From Bradymonadia bacterium (GTDB lineage Bacteria > Myxococcota_A > Bradymonadia > UBA7976 > UBA1532), in assembly GCA_046290225.1 (NCBI GenBank), contig JBKAGE010000075.1:270367-334366 (forward strand): DNA of 64,000 bases. Reading direction: 5' to 3'. The translations under genes were made by a program, and so were the position numbers. The stretch's first letter is position 1; each line of letters opens with the position of its first letter. The notes under the pieces are model-generated. The model did no database searches, was not told where the DNA came from, and worked only from the letters and a program-made list of their open reading frames with translations. Positions 30,630 through 39,809 of the stretch are shown here, in pieces.

Positions 30630-30973
30630 ACGCGCTGAAGCTTGTCGAGGATCGCCAGATCAGGACCGACCTCCCCCAGTTCCGCCCCGGTGACACCCTC
30701 AAGGTGCACGTGCGGATCAAAGAGGGCGCCAAGACGCGTATCCAGATCTTCGAGGGCGTGTGCATCCGTCGCAAGCGCGCCGGCAACCGCACCACCTTCA
30801 CCGTGCGCAAGGTGAGCTACGGCATCGGGGTGGAGCGTATCTTCCCCCTGCACGGCCCCAACGTGACCAAGATCGAGGTGGTGACCCGGGGTCGCGTCCG
30901 TCGCTCCCGCCTGTACTACCTGCGCAGCCGCTTCGGTAAGGCCGCTCGCATCAAGGCCCGCCGCGACCGCTGA
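30626..30973 (+). CDS. rplS: 50S ribosomal protein L19
   Basis: [40 protein letters not shown]. Confidence 0.98.
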   Translation: MNALKLVEDRQIRTDLPQFRPGDTLKVHVRIKEGAKTRIQIFEGVCIRRKRAGNRTTFTVRKVSYGIGVERIFPLHGPNVTKIEVVTRGRVRRSRLYYLRSRFGKAARIKARRDR

Positions 30974-31023
30974 TCGGTGCTCACCCTGCAGCATCATCAA
31001 CATCCTGTTGAGTGCCGGCCCTG

Positions 31024-31686
31024 ATGGCAAAGACTGCCCAGGCCGCCGGCGGACCTCCCGAGGGCCCGCTGGGTACCGTCGAAGTGTGGGGGGCAGGCCG
31101 ACTGCTCCTCGGCGTCGACGAGGCTGGACGAGGCCCCCTTGCGGGCCCAGTCGTCGCCGCCGCCGTGGCTTTGCCTCCAGGACCACTGCCTTCGTCCCTC
31201 CAGGGGCTCGACGACAGCAAGAAGCTCACCGAGCGACGTCGTCAGCTGCTCACCCCCCACATTGCCCGTCAGGCTCTTGCCGTCGGTGTCGGTCGGATCA
31301 GCGCCCGCCGCATCGACGAGATCAATATTCTGGAAGCTACGAGAGAGGCCATGCGTAGAGCAGTGTGGATCGCCACCGCACGACTCAGCGCTCAGGGCCT
31401 GACCCCCGAAGCCCTGCTCGTCGATGGCCATCTGCCCCTGCCTGGCCACGAAGGCGAGCAGTGGGCCCTGAAGAAAGGCGACGGCCGCAGCTACAACATC
31501 GCCGCGGCCAGCGTCATCGCCAAGACCGTCAGAGATCGCCACATGGAGATCCTGGCCAAGCGATATCCGGGGTATGGCCTTGAAGTTCACAAGGGGTACG
31601 GCACCAAAGCCCATCGAGCTGCCTTGCAACAGCTCGGCAACAGCGCGATCCATCGGCAAACCTTCAAATGGAAGCCGGTCAGCTGA
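31024..31686 (+). CDS. rnhB: Ribonuclease HII (start uncertain)
   Basis: GVDEAGRGPLAGPV, DSKKL, VDG, KGDG, IAAASVIAK, HKGYGT. Confidence 0.96.
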   Translation: MAKTAQAAGGPPEGPLGTVEVWGAGRLLLGVDEAGRGPLAGPVVAAAVALPPGPLPSSLQGLDDSKKLTERRRQLLTPHIARQALAVGVGRISARRIDEINILEATREAMRRAVWIATARLSAQGLTPEALLVDGHLPLPGHEGEQWALKKGDGRSYNIAAASVIAKTVRDRHMEILAKRYPGYGLEVHKGYGTKAHRAALQQLGNSAIHRQTFKWKPVS

Positions 31687-32080
31687 CTCGGGCAGAGGTC
31701 CGAGGAGCGATCCTCAACGTCAGGCCGTCGCCCGAGCGGGCGAAGAGCTCGCCTGCAGCCATCTGAGCCTACACGGCTGGTCCATCGTCGATCGTAACTG
31801 GCGGTGTCCTCAGGGTGAGCTGGACATCGTGGCTACGCGAGGTGATGTGCTCGCTTTCGTGGAGGTGAAGACCCGCCGCAACCCTGGTGGAGTGCATCCA
31901 GCGCATTCAGTGACTCGGGCGAAACAGCGGCGCCTCGCTCGGGCTGCAGATGCCTACCTGCAATCGAGGAGGCCCATCGCTGCGCACTGGCGGTTCGACA
32001 TCATCTCGATCTGGCAGGTGGAGGGGACGTGGCAGGTCAGCCACATCGAGGGGGCGTTCACGCCCTCTGGGGCATTCTGA
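31574..32080 (+). CDS. yraN: YraN family protein (start unresolved)
   Basis: GEELA, RNWR-x3-GELDIVA, FVEVKTR, RFDII. Confidence 0.88.
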   Translation: MALKFTRGTAPKPIELPCNSSATARSIGKPSNGSRSADSGRGPRSDPQRQAVARAGEELACSHLSLHGWSIVDRNWRCPQGELDIVATRGDVLAFVEVKTRRNPGGVHPAHSVTRAKQRRLARAADAYLQSRRPIAAHWRFDIISIWQVEGTWQVSHIEGAFTPSGAF

Positions 32081-32101
32081 GAAGACGCTCTGAGGAGGCG
32101 A

Positions 32102-32503
32102 TCAGTTGTTCAGATCGCCCTTGCGCACGCAGTAGCACTTGTTGGGAAAACCCGACTCGTCGAAGGGCTCCTCGGGGCAGACGTCGCCGCCACCGATGAT
32201 GGGGCGACAGGCGGCGCTCCCGGGGCAGTCACCATCAGTGCGGCAGCTCTGGCTGCAATATGCGCTGGAGTCGCGGTACTGCAAGCACACGCGGGTGGCG
32301 CAGCCGGCATAGTTGTCGATGGCGCAGCTGGAGCGGGACTCCGCTTCGAGCTGGCCCTCGGACTCCTCGCCGCCGCTGCTCGACGTGCTGCAGGTGTTCT
32401 TCAGCGGGGCAGGGATCTCACAGGGGGCGCCGAAGTCCTCTTCGCAGCCCCAGGAGAAGGCGAGCAGCGAAACGAGGCAAGCGGTCTTGAGCACAGTCGT
32501 CAT
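32102..32503 (-). CDS. Cys-rich lipoprotein, CglC/GltK-like
   Basis: Lipobox SWGC followed by G-x-PC; 12 further Cys incl. C-x4-C and YCS-x2-C; divergent from the gltC-like gene. Confidence 0.65.
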   Translation of the reverse strand: MTTVLKTACLVSLLAFSWGCEEDFGAPCEIPAPLKNTCSTSSSGGEESEGQLEAESRSSCAIDNYAGCATRVCLQYRDSSAYCSQSCRTDGDCPGSAACRPIIGGGDVCPEEPFDESGFPNKCYCVRKGDLNN

Positions 32504-32517
32504 GATCCCTCCGGGCG

Positions 32518-32630
32518 GTATCCCTGAGCAAAGTGTCCCGAGCAGTGTGTCCCGGGCAGTGTGTCCCGGGCAGTGTGTCCCGGGCAGTGTGTCCCGGGCA
32601 GTGTATCCCGAGCAGAGTGTCCCGAGCACA
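32518..32630. repeat. 14-bp tandem repeat, about 8 copies
   Basis: GTGTCCCGGGCAGT x4 exact (32547-32602) flanked by variant units; no spacers. Confidence 0.97.
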
Positions 32631-32701
32631 GCGACCTAGAGCAAAAAACAGTCGAGAACAAAATCAGCCTCGAGCGCAGTTGCTCCGATATGGGTGCTCG
32701 G

Positions 32702-32729
32702 ATCGTATGTGCGATTCTGCTGATGTCAA
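32702..32729 (-). promoter_or_regulatory. sigma70-type promoter of the cglC-like gene
   Basis: TTGACA-16 bp-TACGAT. Confidence 0.55.
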
Positions 32730-32776
32730 CGGCATCGAGTCAAACACCCTCAGAGCACGGGTCTCAGATGACAAAA

Positions 32777-32793
32777 TCCCCACCTTCTGGGGA
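32777..32793. promoter_or_regulatory. Palindromic operator-like site
   Basis: TCCCCA-CCTTC-TGGGGA; near copy at 41668-41683. Confidence 0.5.
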
Positions 32794-32870
32794 GATATCC
32801 GCGATGACCTTGAGCCGAGGCCATGATGCATCGTATGACGGGCACCGAACCTCAGTGGAGAAAACCCGGA

Positions 32871-34460
32871 ATGAGCCACCTCCTCCGGCCCCTCACCTCC
32901 AGGCTGCCTCTCCTGGCCCTGTTGCTGTGCCTCCTCCCCGCCTTGACGCCCTCTGTGGCTCAGGCCCAGATGGAGCTCGAGACCATCAACCTCAGGGAAG
33001 ATACCGAGGCCCAGGCCGATCTCGACGAGGCCCTGAAGTCCTACAAGAAGAGGAACTTCTTGCGCGCGAGCTTGTTGCTGCACCGAATCGTGAGCGGCAG
33101 CGAGGTCGCGGTGACCCCGGTGCAACAGAAAGCCGAGTACACGCTCGGCAAGACGATGTACCGCCTCGGGCTGTTCCAGGCGTCGCTCAACTACTTCACC
33201 CGGGTGGTGCAGGCCGGTCGCTCACACCGGTACTTCAAAGCCACCTGCAAGTGGCTCTACTACCTGTCCCGCAAGCTCAGTGGTGATCCGGCGCTCTTGG
33301 AGAAGATCGCCAAGTACACCCCTGACGACTGCCCTGCGGAGTTCCGCGACGAGCTGGGCTATCTGGTGGGGCAGTACCACTACAAGAAGGGGGCTCTGCA
33401 GAAGGGCCTCCAGCGTCTGAGCCAGATCAACCCCAACAGCCAGTACTTCCCGAAGGCGAAGTTCCTCGAGGGCATCAGCCATGTGCGCCTCGATCAGCCC
33501 AAGCCCGCCGTGGAGCGCTTCAAGGAGCTGCTCCGCGTCACCGCCACCAGCGACCTGCCTTCAGAGGATCTCAAATACTTCAACCAGCTGGCCATCATGA
33601 GCATGGCCCGGGTGTTCTACAGCACCGGACAGTTCGACCTCTCGGTGAAGTATTACGATCGGGTGCCTCTCGAGAGCGCCCTCTGGCTCGATGCATTGTT
33701 CGAGGCGAGCTGGGCCTTCTTCCGGCTCAACAACCACGGGAAGTCCCTGGGTCATCTGCACACCCTGAACTCCCCGTTCTTCAGCGACGAGTACTACCCC
33801 GAGGCGCAGATCCTGGAGTCCGTGATCTTCTACGCCAACTGCGACTACGACCGGACCCTGGCCATCCTCGACGAGTTCCAGGTCATCTACGAGCCCCTGC
33901 GGGACGAGATCAAAGGCTACCTCGAGCGGTATGCCGATCCCGCCGAGTTCTATGCCTTCTTGCAGAAGATGCAAAAGGGTGGGGCCCGCCTGTCACCTCG
34001 CATCAACCAGATCGTCAGCGCCGCCAACCGCGACAAGCAGCTGCGACGCATTGCCGCTTACGTGAGCGAGCTCGAGCGGGAGATCGCCCTCATCGAGAAG
34101 TCGAAGTCGAGCTGGTCCCGCAGCTCTCTGGCTCAGGGCATCATCCAGGACCTTACCGTCACCAAGGATCTGGCGGTGTACGAGGCCGGCCGCCTGGCCA
34201 AAGATCGCCTCAAGCGCGTGGTGAGCGAGCTGAACGAGCTGATCAGCCAGAACCTCAAGATCAGGTTCGAGGTGGCCTCTGCCCGCAAGGGCGTGGTGGA
34301 GAATCGCCTCAACAAAGAAGGCTTCGCCAACAAGGCGGGCCGTGCTGGCCCGAACTACGCCACTGACGATGAGCACATCTACTGGCCCTTCAACGGGGAA
34401 TACTGGCGCGATGAGCTCGGCTACTACGTGTACACCATCCAGTCGGAGTGCCGTCGATGA
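32871..34460 (+). CDS. gltC: Gliding motility protein GltC-like (periplasmic TPR protein)
   Basis: Signal peptide AQA; DALFEASWAFF, LHTLNSPFF, C-terminal DDEHIYWPFNGEYWRDELGYY. Confidence 0.82.
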   Translation: MSHLLRPLTSRLPLLALLLCLLPALTPSVAQAQMELETINLREDTEAQADLDEALKSYKKRNFLRASLLLHRIVSGSEVAVTPVQQKAEYTLGKTMYRLGLFQASLNYFTRVVQAGRSHRYFKATCKWLYYLSRKLSGDPALLEKIAKYTPDDCPAEFRDELGYLVGQYHYKKGALQKGLQRLSQINPNSQYFPKAKFLEGISHVRLDQPKPAVERFKELLRVTATSDLPSEDLKYFNQLAIMSMARVFYSTGQFDLSVKYYDRVPLESALWLDALFEASWAFFRLNNHGKSLGHLHTLNSPFFSDEYYPEAQILESVIFYANCDYDRTLAILDEFQVIYEPLRDEIKGYLERYADPAEFYAFLQKMQKGGARLSPRINQIVSAANRDKQLRRIAAYVSELEREIALIEKSKSSWSRSSLAQGIIQDLTVTKDLAVYEAGRLAKDRLKRVVSELNELISQNLKIRFEVASARKGVVENRLNKEGFANKAGRAGPNYATDDEHIYWPFNGEYWRDELGYYVYTIQSECRR

Positions 34461-37400
34461 CCCTGCCTTCGTCTTCTCGCCCGGTGTCCACCCGCCTTCG
34501 CGCCCCGAGGGGCCTGTCGCGGTTGTGGATCACCGCCCTCGCTCTGCTCTGTGCGGTACCTGCAGCTCAGGCCCAGCAAAAGAAGCAGAAAGTGGAGATC
34601 AAGGCTGAGGAGATCCCTGACGTTCCTCGCCGCAAAGCCCCCAAAGACGCCGGCCAGAAAGCGCCGCGTTTGCAGGGAGAGCGTTTCGTACGAGGGAGCA
34701 GCAAATCCTTCGACAAGCGTGCCGAGGCCAACTGGCAGGAAGCCTTCCGTCTCCTGCAGAAGCTCATCGAAGAGACCCCCGACAGCGATCCTGCGAAGCC
34801 CGAGCTCTACTTCCGTTTGTCGGAGATGTACTGGCAGCGCTCCGCCGCCATCAAGCTGAGGGCCTTCGACATCGAGGCGGCCTGCCTTGAGCGGGCCAGC
34901 AGCCCCGCGGTGGAGCAGCAGTGTACAGCCCAGCGTGAGCAAAACCTGCAGGCCTCGGTGCAGTACCGTGACCAGGCCATCGAGACCTACAAGACCATCG
35001 TCCGCACGTATCCGACCTTCCCTGGTCTGGACAACGTGCTCTTCGCGCTGGCTTACAACTATCAACAAAAGAGTCAGCCCGAGGCGGCGAAGAAGATCTA
35101 CGCCTCGCTGATCCGTCGGTATCCACAGTCGCCCCGCATCCCCGACACCTTGCTCAACCTCGGGGAAATCCTCTTCGACGCCGGCAACGTCAGGCAGGCG
35201 TTGAAGGCTTACATGAAGGTGACCGACAACTACACCGACGCCGGTGTGTGGCCTTACGCGATGTACAAGCGCGGTTGGTGTCACTTCAACCAGAACGACT
35301 TCCCAAACGCGCTGGCGTCGTTCATCAAGGTCATTCAGTACGCAAACCAGAACCGAGGGCGGAACCGCATCGCCCTCAAGAAAGAGGCCCAGCGCGACCT
35401 GGTGAAGGTCTACGTGCGCATGAAGGAGGCGAACCCGCAGAAGGCGCTGCCCTTCTTCAGGAAGCTCGCGCCGGAAGACTATCTCGATCTCGCCGAGGCC
35501 CTCGCCGAGCTGTACGGCATCACCGGGCAGTACGAGCGCTCCAACATGGTCTACCGTGAGCTGATTCGACTGCAGCCTTCGAGCTATCGGTCCGTCGGCC
35601 ATCAAAAGCAGGTGGCGTTCAACACCCGCTCCATGGGTCAGAACGCCAAAGAGACCATCATCGAGACCAAGCGCCTCGTGATCTTGTGGTCAAAGCTCAA
35701 GAACGCTCAGGATGCCGATCCCGAAAAATCCAAGGCTGACGGGGTGGCCATCGAGCTGCTGCTCCGAGGCATGTCCACCACCTACCACCGACAGGCGCGC
35801 CGTACGAAGTCCGACAAGGACTACGGCATCGCCTATGCCCTCTACAAAGAGTACACCAACGCCTTCCCCAGCGGTGATCAGAGCTATGTGATGCACTTCT
35901 ACTTCGGAGAGCTCCTCTTCGAGCTCAACCGATGGGAAGAGGCCGCCCGCACTTACGAGAAGGCCGTCGAGATCAACCCCCAGGGCGAGTACACCGAGAA
36001 CGCCGCCCACGGCGCCGTGCTGGCGTACAAGAAGCTGCTCGATCTCGCCAACGAGCAGCCCAAGGGCGACGGCGCCAAGAAGCAGACCAAAAACGAGGTG
36101 CCCAAGGCGCTCCCGCTCACGGAGAACCACAAGCGCTTCATCAAGGCCTGCGACCTCTACTCGAAGTTCGTCAAAGAGTCGCAGTACCTCGTCGACATCG
36201 AGTACGACGCCGCCCGCATCTACTACGATCGCAACCAGTTCGACCAGGCGATCCCCCGCTTCAAGAACATCAGCGAGAAGCACAGCAACCACCGGCTGGC
36301 GGTCTATGCCGCCAACCTGCTGCTCGACAGCTACAACATCACCAAGGACTTCGACACGCTGAACAAGCAGGTCGACGTGTTCCTCAAGATCTACACGCCT
36401 CAGCGGGATCCTGAGTTCTACGCGCTGCTCACCAGCCTCAAGCAGCAGTCTTCGTTCAAGAAGTGCCAGGGCATCGAGTACAAGAAGGAGTACAAGCGGG
36501 CGGCGCGGTGCTTCCTCACCTACGCCGAGCAGTACCCCAAGTCCGATTTCCGGGATAAGTCGTACTACAACGCAGCGTTGAACTTCGAGCGCGAGAAGGA
36601 GATGGAGAACGCCATCCAGGCCCGCTTGAAGCTGGTGAACAACTGCATCGGCAGCGAGCTGGTCCCCAAGGCCCTCTACAGCATCGCCGCCAACCTGCAC
36701 GCTCTGGCCATCTACAGCCAGGCGAGCAAGTTCTACGAGATCTACGCCCAGCGATACCCCGACAAGCAGGATGCTCGAGTGGCGCTTCAGAACGCCGCCG
36801 TGTTCCGCCAGGGCCTCGGTGACTACGACCAGGCCATCAAGGACTACACCACCTTCATGAAGATGGTGGGCTCGAAGAAGAAGGCGGCGAAGATCTACTT
36901 CAACATGGGGCTGATCTTCGAGAAGCAGTCACAGTGGAAGAAAGTCATCGACCACTACAACGCCTACTTGAAGAGCTACGCCGGCGGCGGCACCCCCGAT
37001 CTGGCCCTCGAGGCCTATGTGCACGTGGGCAACGCTTACCTCAAGCTCAACAACCGCAGGGCCGCCGACAAGCAGTTCGCCACGGCCTACAAGACCTTCG
37101 CCAAGATGAAGGTGTCCCAGAAGAAAGCCCTCACCAAGAAGGGCCTCAACGCCGTGGCAGAAGCGCGCTTCCAGATGGGTGAGGCGGTCTTCAACGAGTT
37201 CAACAAGGTGCAGCTGAAGGTGAAGCCCTACCGGAACGTGGGTCGCTTCGTGAAGGCCATGGGCGCCATCATCGCCAAGAAGACCAAGCTCATCGCCGAG
37301 GCCCGCGACATCTACGTGGAGGTGATTCAGTTCAAGTCTGCAAACTGGGCCATCGCCGCTTTGGCTCGCATCGGCCAGATGTTCCAGGGTCTCGCCGAAG

Positions 37401-37705
37401 ACGTGTACAACGCCCCGGCTCCCCGGGTGTTCAACGAGGAGCAGGTGGAGATCTTCAAGGGCCAGATGGCCGAGAAGGGCTCTGTGCTCGAAAGCAAGGC
37501 CGTCGAGGCCTACATCCGCACCCTGAAGAAGGCCCAGGAGCTCAACTGGTTCAACGAGTGGTCCGACCTCGTGGAGCGACAGCTCGCCAAGCTCAAGCCT
37601 GGTGAGTACCGCTACCCCGACGAGGTGCGCAGCGCCCCCACCTTCTTCGACGACAGCGCCATCAGCCGCGGCTTCATCGCCGAGCTGCCCACGGAGGGGA
37701 ACTGA
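34457..37705 (+). CDS. gltD: Gliding motility TPR protein GltD/AgmU-like
   Basis: Signal peptide; many TPRs; AEARF, WAIAALARIG, AP-x-P and FNEWS C-terminal motifs; ATGA overlap with gltC. Confidence 0.78.
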   Translation: MTLPSSSRPVSTRLRAPRGLSRLWITALALLCAVPAAQAQQKKQKVEIKAEEIPDVPRRKAPKDAGQKAPRLQGERFVRGSSKSFDKRAEANWQEAFRLLQKLIEETPDSDPAKPELYFRLSEMYWQRSAAIKLRAFDIEAACLERASSPAVEQQCTAQREQNLQASVQYRDQAIETYKTIVRTYPTFPGLDNVLFALAYNYQQKSQPEAAKKIYASLIRRYPQSPRIPDTLLNLGEILFDAGNVRQALKAYMKVTDNYTDAGVWPYAMYKRGWCHFNQNDFPNALASFIKVIQYANQNRGRNRIALKKEAQRDLVKVYVRMKEANPQKALPFFRKLAPEDYLDLAEALAELYGITGQYERSNMVYRELIRLQPSSYRSVGHQKQVAFNTRSMGQNAKETIIETKRLVILWSKLKNAQDADPEKSKADGVAIELLLRGMSTTYHRQARRTKSDKDYGIAYALYKEYTNAFPSGDQSYVMHFYFGELLFELNRWEEAARTYEKAVEINPQGEYTENAAHGAVLAYKKLLDLANEQPKGDGAKKQTKNEVPKALPLTENHKRFIKACDLYSKFVKESQYLVDIEYDAARIYYDRNQFDQAIPRFKNISEKHSNHRLAVYAANLLLDSYNITKDFDTLNKQVDVFLKIYTPQRDPEFYALLTSLKQQSSFKKCQGIEYKKEYKRAARCFLTYAEQYPKSDFRDKSYYNAALNFEREKEMENAIQARLKLVNNCIGSELVPKALYSIAANLHALAIYSQASKFYEIYAQRYPDKQDARVALQNAAVFRQGLGDYDQAIKDYTTFMKMVGSKKKAAKIYFNMGLIFEKQSQWKKVIDHYNAYLKSYAGGGTPDLALEAYVHVGNAYLKLNNRRAADKQFATAYKTFAKMKVSQKKALTKKGLNAVAEARFQMGEAVFNEFNKVQLKVKPYRNVGRFVKAMGAIIAKKTKLIAEARDIYVEVIQFKSANWAIAALARIGQMFQGLAEDVYNAPAPRVFNEEQVEIFKGQMAEKGSVLESKAVEAYIRTLKKAQELNWFNEWSDLVERQLAKLKPGEYRYPDEVRSAPTFFDDSAISRGFIAELPTEGN

Positions 37706-39006
37706 TGCATCTGCTCGGCACAGCACGACGGCTCACCGGTCTCGGCGTAGGCTTGGCCCTCAGCATGGGCGTCACCGCCTGTGGTGGTGGTGGTCAGGTC
37801 AAGCCTGATCCCGAAGGGGAGTTCACCGCCCCCGGTGACACCCCCAAGCGCGCCCCTGTGAAGGTGGAGGCCAAGGCGGCCTTTGCCAACGCCGCCCGTC
37901 AGTACGCCACGGCCCCCCAGGCCCGGAACTACGACGCCATCGAAGGTCAGCTGCAGTCCGCCATCGACGAAGACGAGAAGCTCGTCGAGGCGTACTACAA
38001 CATGGGGCTGCTCAAAGAAGAGCAGGGCGATCTCGGTGCCGCGGCGTCGTGGTACGAGAAGGCCGTAGAGTCTGACCCCAACTTCGGAGAGGCCCACGTC
38101 AAGCTGGCGCTGCTCGCGGAGAAAGAAGGCAACCGGGGCAAGGCGCAGCAGCGTCTGCAACAGGCCCTCAAAGCGGAGCCTCTCAACGGCTCGGCCAACT
38201 TGAACCTCGCCATCGAGGCCAAGAACCGCAAGCAGTTCGCCGAGGCCGTGAACCGGGTGCGCAAGGCGCTCCAGCACGACAGCCAGAACATCAGGGCCTA
38301 TGAGGTCCTTGCCCGCATCTACTACGATCTCGGCAAGTACGATCTCGCCCGTCTGGTGTGCGCCAACGCTTTGAAGATCGACAAGGGGGCGGCCTCGATT
38401 CACAACACATTGGGCCTCGTCTACCTGAAGCTCGACGATGTGACCCTGGCGCTCAACGCCTTCAAGCAGGCTGTGAAGCACAACCCCCGGTTTATCCCCG
38501 CGTACATGAACATCGGGGCCATCACCTTCAACTACCGGGATTACGAGGCCAGCTACCGCGCCTTCGACACCGTGCTCAAGCTCGATCCCGATCAGACCAT
38601 GGCCATCATGTCCCGTGCGGTGGCCGCCCGTGGGCTCAAGCGGTACGAAGAGGCCGAGAAGGGGTACAAGGCGGTCATCGCCAAAGAAGAGCGCAACGCC
38701 GGCGCCCACTTCAACCTGGGCATCCTCTACCAAGAGCACATGCAGCGCCTCGACGAGGCTCAGGTGTCGTTCCAGAACGTGCTCAAGTTCGAGCAGAAAG
38801 ACGCTGCGCTGCGCAAAAAGGCCTCTCAGCGTATCCAGCAGGTCCGCATCCAGATTCAGAACATGAAGGAAGCGGAAGAGATGATGCGAGAAGAGAAGGC
38901 TCAAGAAGAGCGAGAGGCCGCCGCGGCGAAGGCCAAAGCCGAAGCGGCCAAGAAGGCCAAGCCTGCCCCTGCCAAGCCCCCTGCACCAAAGAAGCCCGGC
39001 AGCTGA
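37705..39006 (+). CDS. gltE: Gliding motility TPR lipoprotein GltE/AglT-like
   Basis: Lipobox VTAC; TPRs; LARLV, YRDY, FNLGILY; directly follows gltD. Confidence 0.78.
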   Translation: MHLLGTARRLTGLGVGLALSMGVTACGGGGQVKPDPEGEFTAPGDTPKRAPVKVEAKAAFANAARQYATAPQARNYDAIEGQLQSAIDEDEKLVEAYYNMGLLKEEQGDLGAAASWYEKAVESDPNFGEAHVKLALLAEKEGNRGKAQQRLQQALKAEPLNGSANLNLAIEAKNRKQFAEAVNRVRKALQHDSQNIRAYEVLARIYYDLGKYDLARLVCANALKIDKGAASIHNTLGLVYLKLDDVTLALNAFKQAVKHNPRFIPAYMNIGAITFNYRDYEASYRAFDTVLKLDPDQTMAIMSRAVAARGLKRYEEAEKGYKAVIAKEERNAGAHFNLGILYQEHMQRLDEAQVSFQNVLKFEQKDAALRKKASQRIQQVRIQIQNMKEAEEMMREEKAQEEREAAAAKAKAEAAKKAKPAPAKPPAPKKPGS

Positions 39007-39212
39007 GCCTCAGCGCCGGAATCCATCTTCTCTGGCGCCATCCCTCAGACCTGCGCGGAAGCGCACCTCAAGTCCTGTTTCCAGGGCAAAAATTCAGAAA
39101 AATGGGTTTTTGGGGAACTTTCGTCACCGGCGGCGTTCCAAGTCATCGCTGACGTGTACCTTCGGCAGACGACAGCAGGTGCTGAGAGATCACAGCGGGA
39201 TCGCACAGAATG

Positions 39213-39228
39213 TGTGATGCTGATCACA
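39213..39228. promoter_or_regulatory. CRP/FNR-family binding site
   Basis: Perfect TGTGA-N6-TCACA in the gltE-gltF intergenic region. Confidence 0.55.
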
Positions 39229-39421
39229 GACTTCGATGGCCAGCGACGCCATCTGCGCCTATACTGTGAGGCGCATGTGTCCTCGAAGACCCATAGCCTG
39301 TTCGGCATGGGCTCTCGGAGTCACAGCACCTGTACCCATGAGGGGGCCCATGACGGGTGTCCCCCAAAGAGGGTGGCCCCGCCGAGGGGGACACTGAGTG
39401 TCAGTGAGGAGAAGACTGGAT

Positions 39422-39751
39422 ATGTGCACAGGACCCCGGACCATCCGCATCAGCGCCAAAGCGCTGGCCGCCAGCCTGGTCACGGCAGGTATGTTGATCG
39501 CCGGCAGCGCCGCCGCTCAGCAGCCCCCGCCCAATGCCGGGCAGGGTGAGTACGTTCAGGATCCCAACAACCCCAACGTCTTCTACAAGAAGAAGACCGA
39601 GTACGACTTCGAAGACGACGTCGTCGAGGGGTCGTTCGTGCGCCCCGAGGGTGAGTTCATCGACGTCCGTCGTGGTACTCGTCAGTCCAGCTTGATCAAG
39701 ATTCGAGAGAACTTCGTGCCCGAGATGCTCAAGTCCGCCGAGGACATCTGA
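39422..39751 (+). CDS. gltF: Gliding motility protein GltF/CglF-like
   Basis: Signal peptide; YKKKTEYDFEDDVVEG...PEG...SLIKIRENFVPEMLKSAEDI. Confidence 0.85.
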   Translation: MCTGPRTIRISAKALAASLVTAGMLIAGSAAAQQPPPNAGQGEYVQDPNNPNVFYKKKTEYDFEDDVVEGSFVRPEGEFIDVRRGTRQSSLIKIRENFVPEMLKSAEDI

Positions 39752-39809
39752 GCGTCAACACTGAGCATCACCTCATCTGAGCCCAACTCAACCCAGGAGA
39801 GCGGCCCCC

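Noticed and set aside
32504..32629. N-terminal extension of the cglC-like ORF through the repeat
   Set aside because: It would bury the lipoprotein signal peptide; the ATG at 32503 has a GGAGG RBS
32518..32630. Possible CRISPR array
   Set aside because: 14-bp units are contiguous with no spacers, and there are no cas genes
39082..39125. c-di-GMP-I riboswitch (GGGCAAA...GAAA...TGGG)
   Set aside because: The P2 stem does not pair and the GACGCAAAG segment is absent
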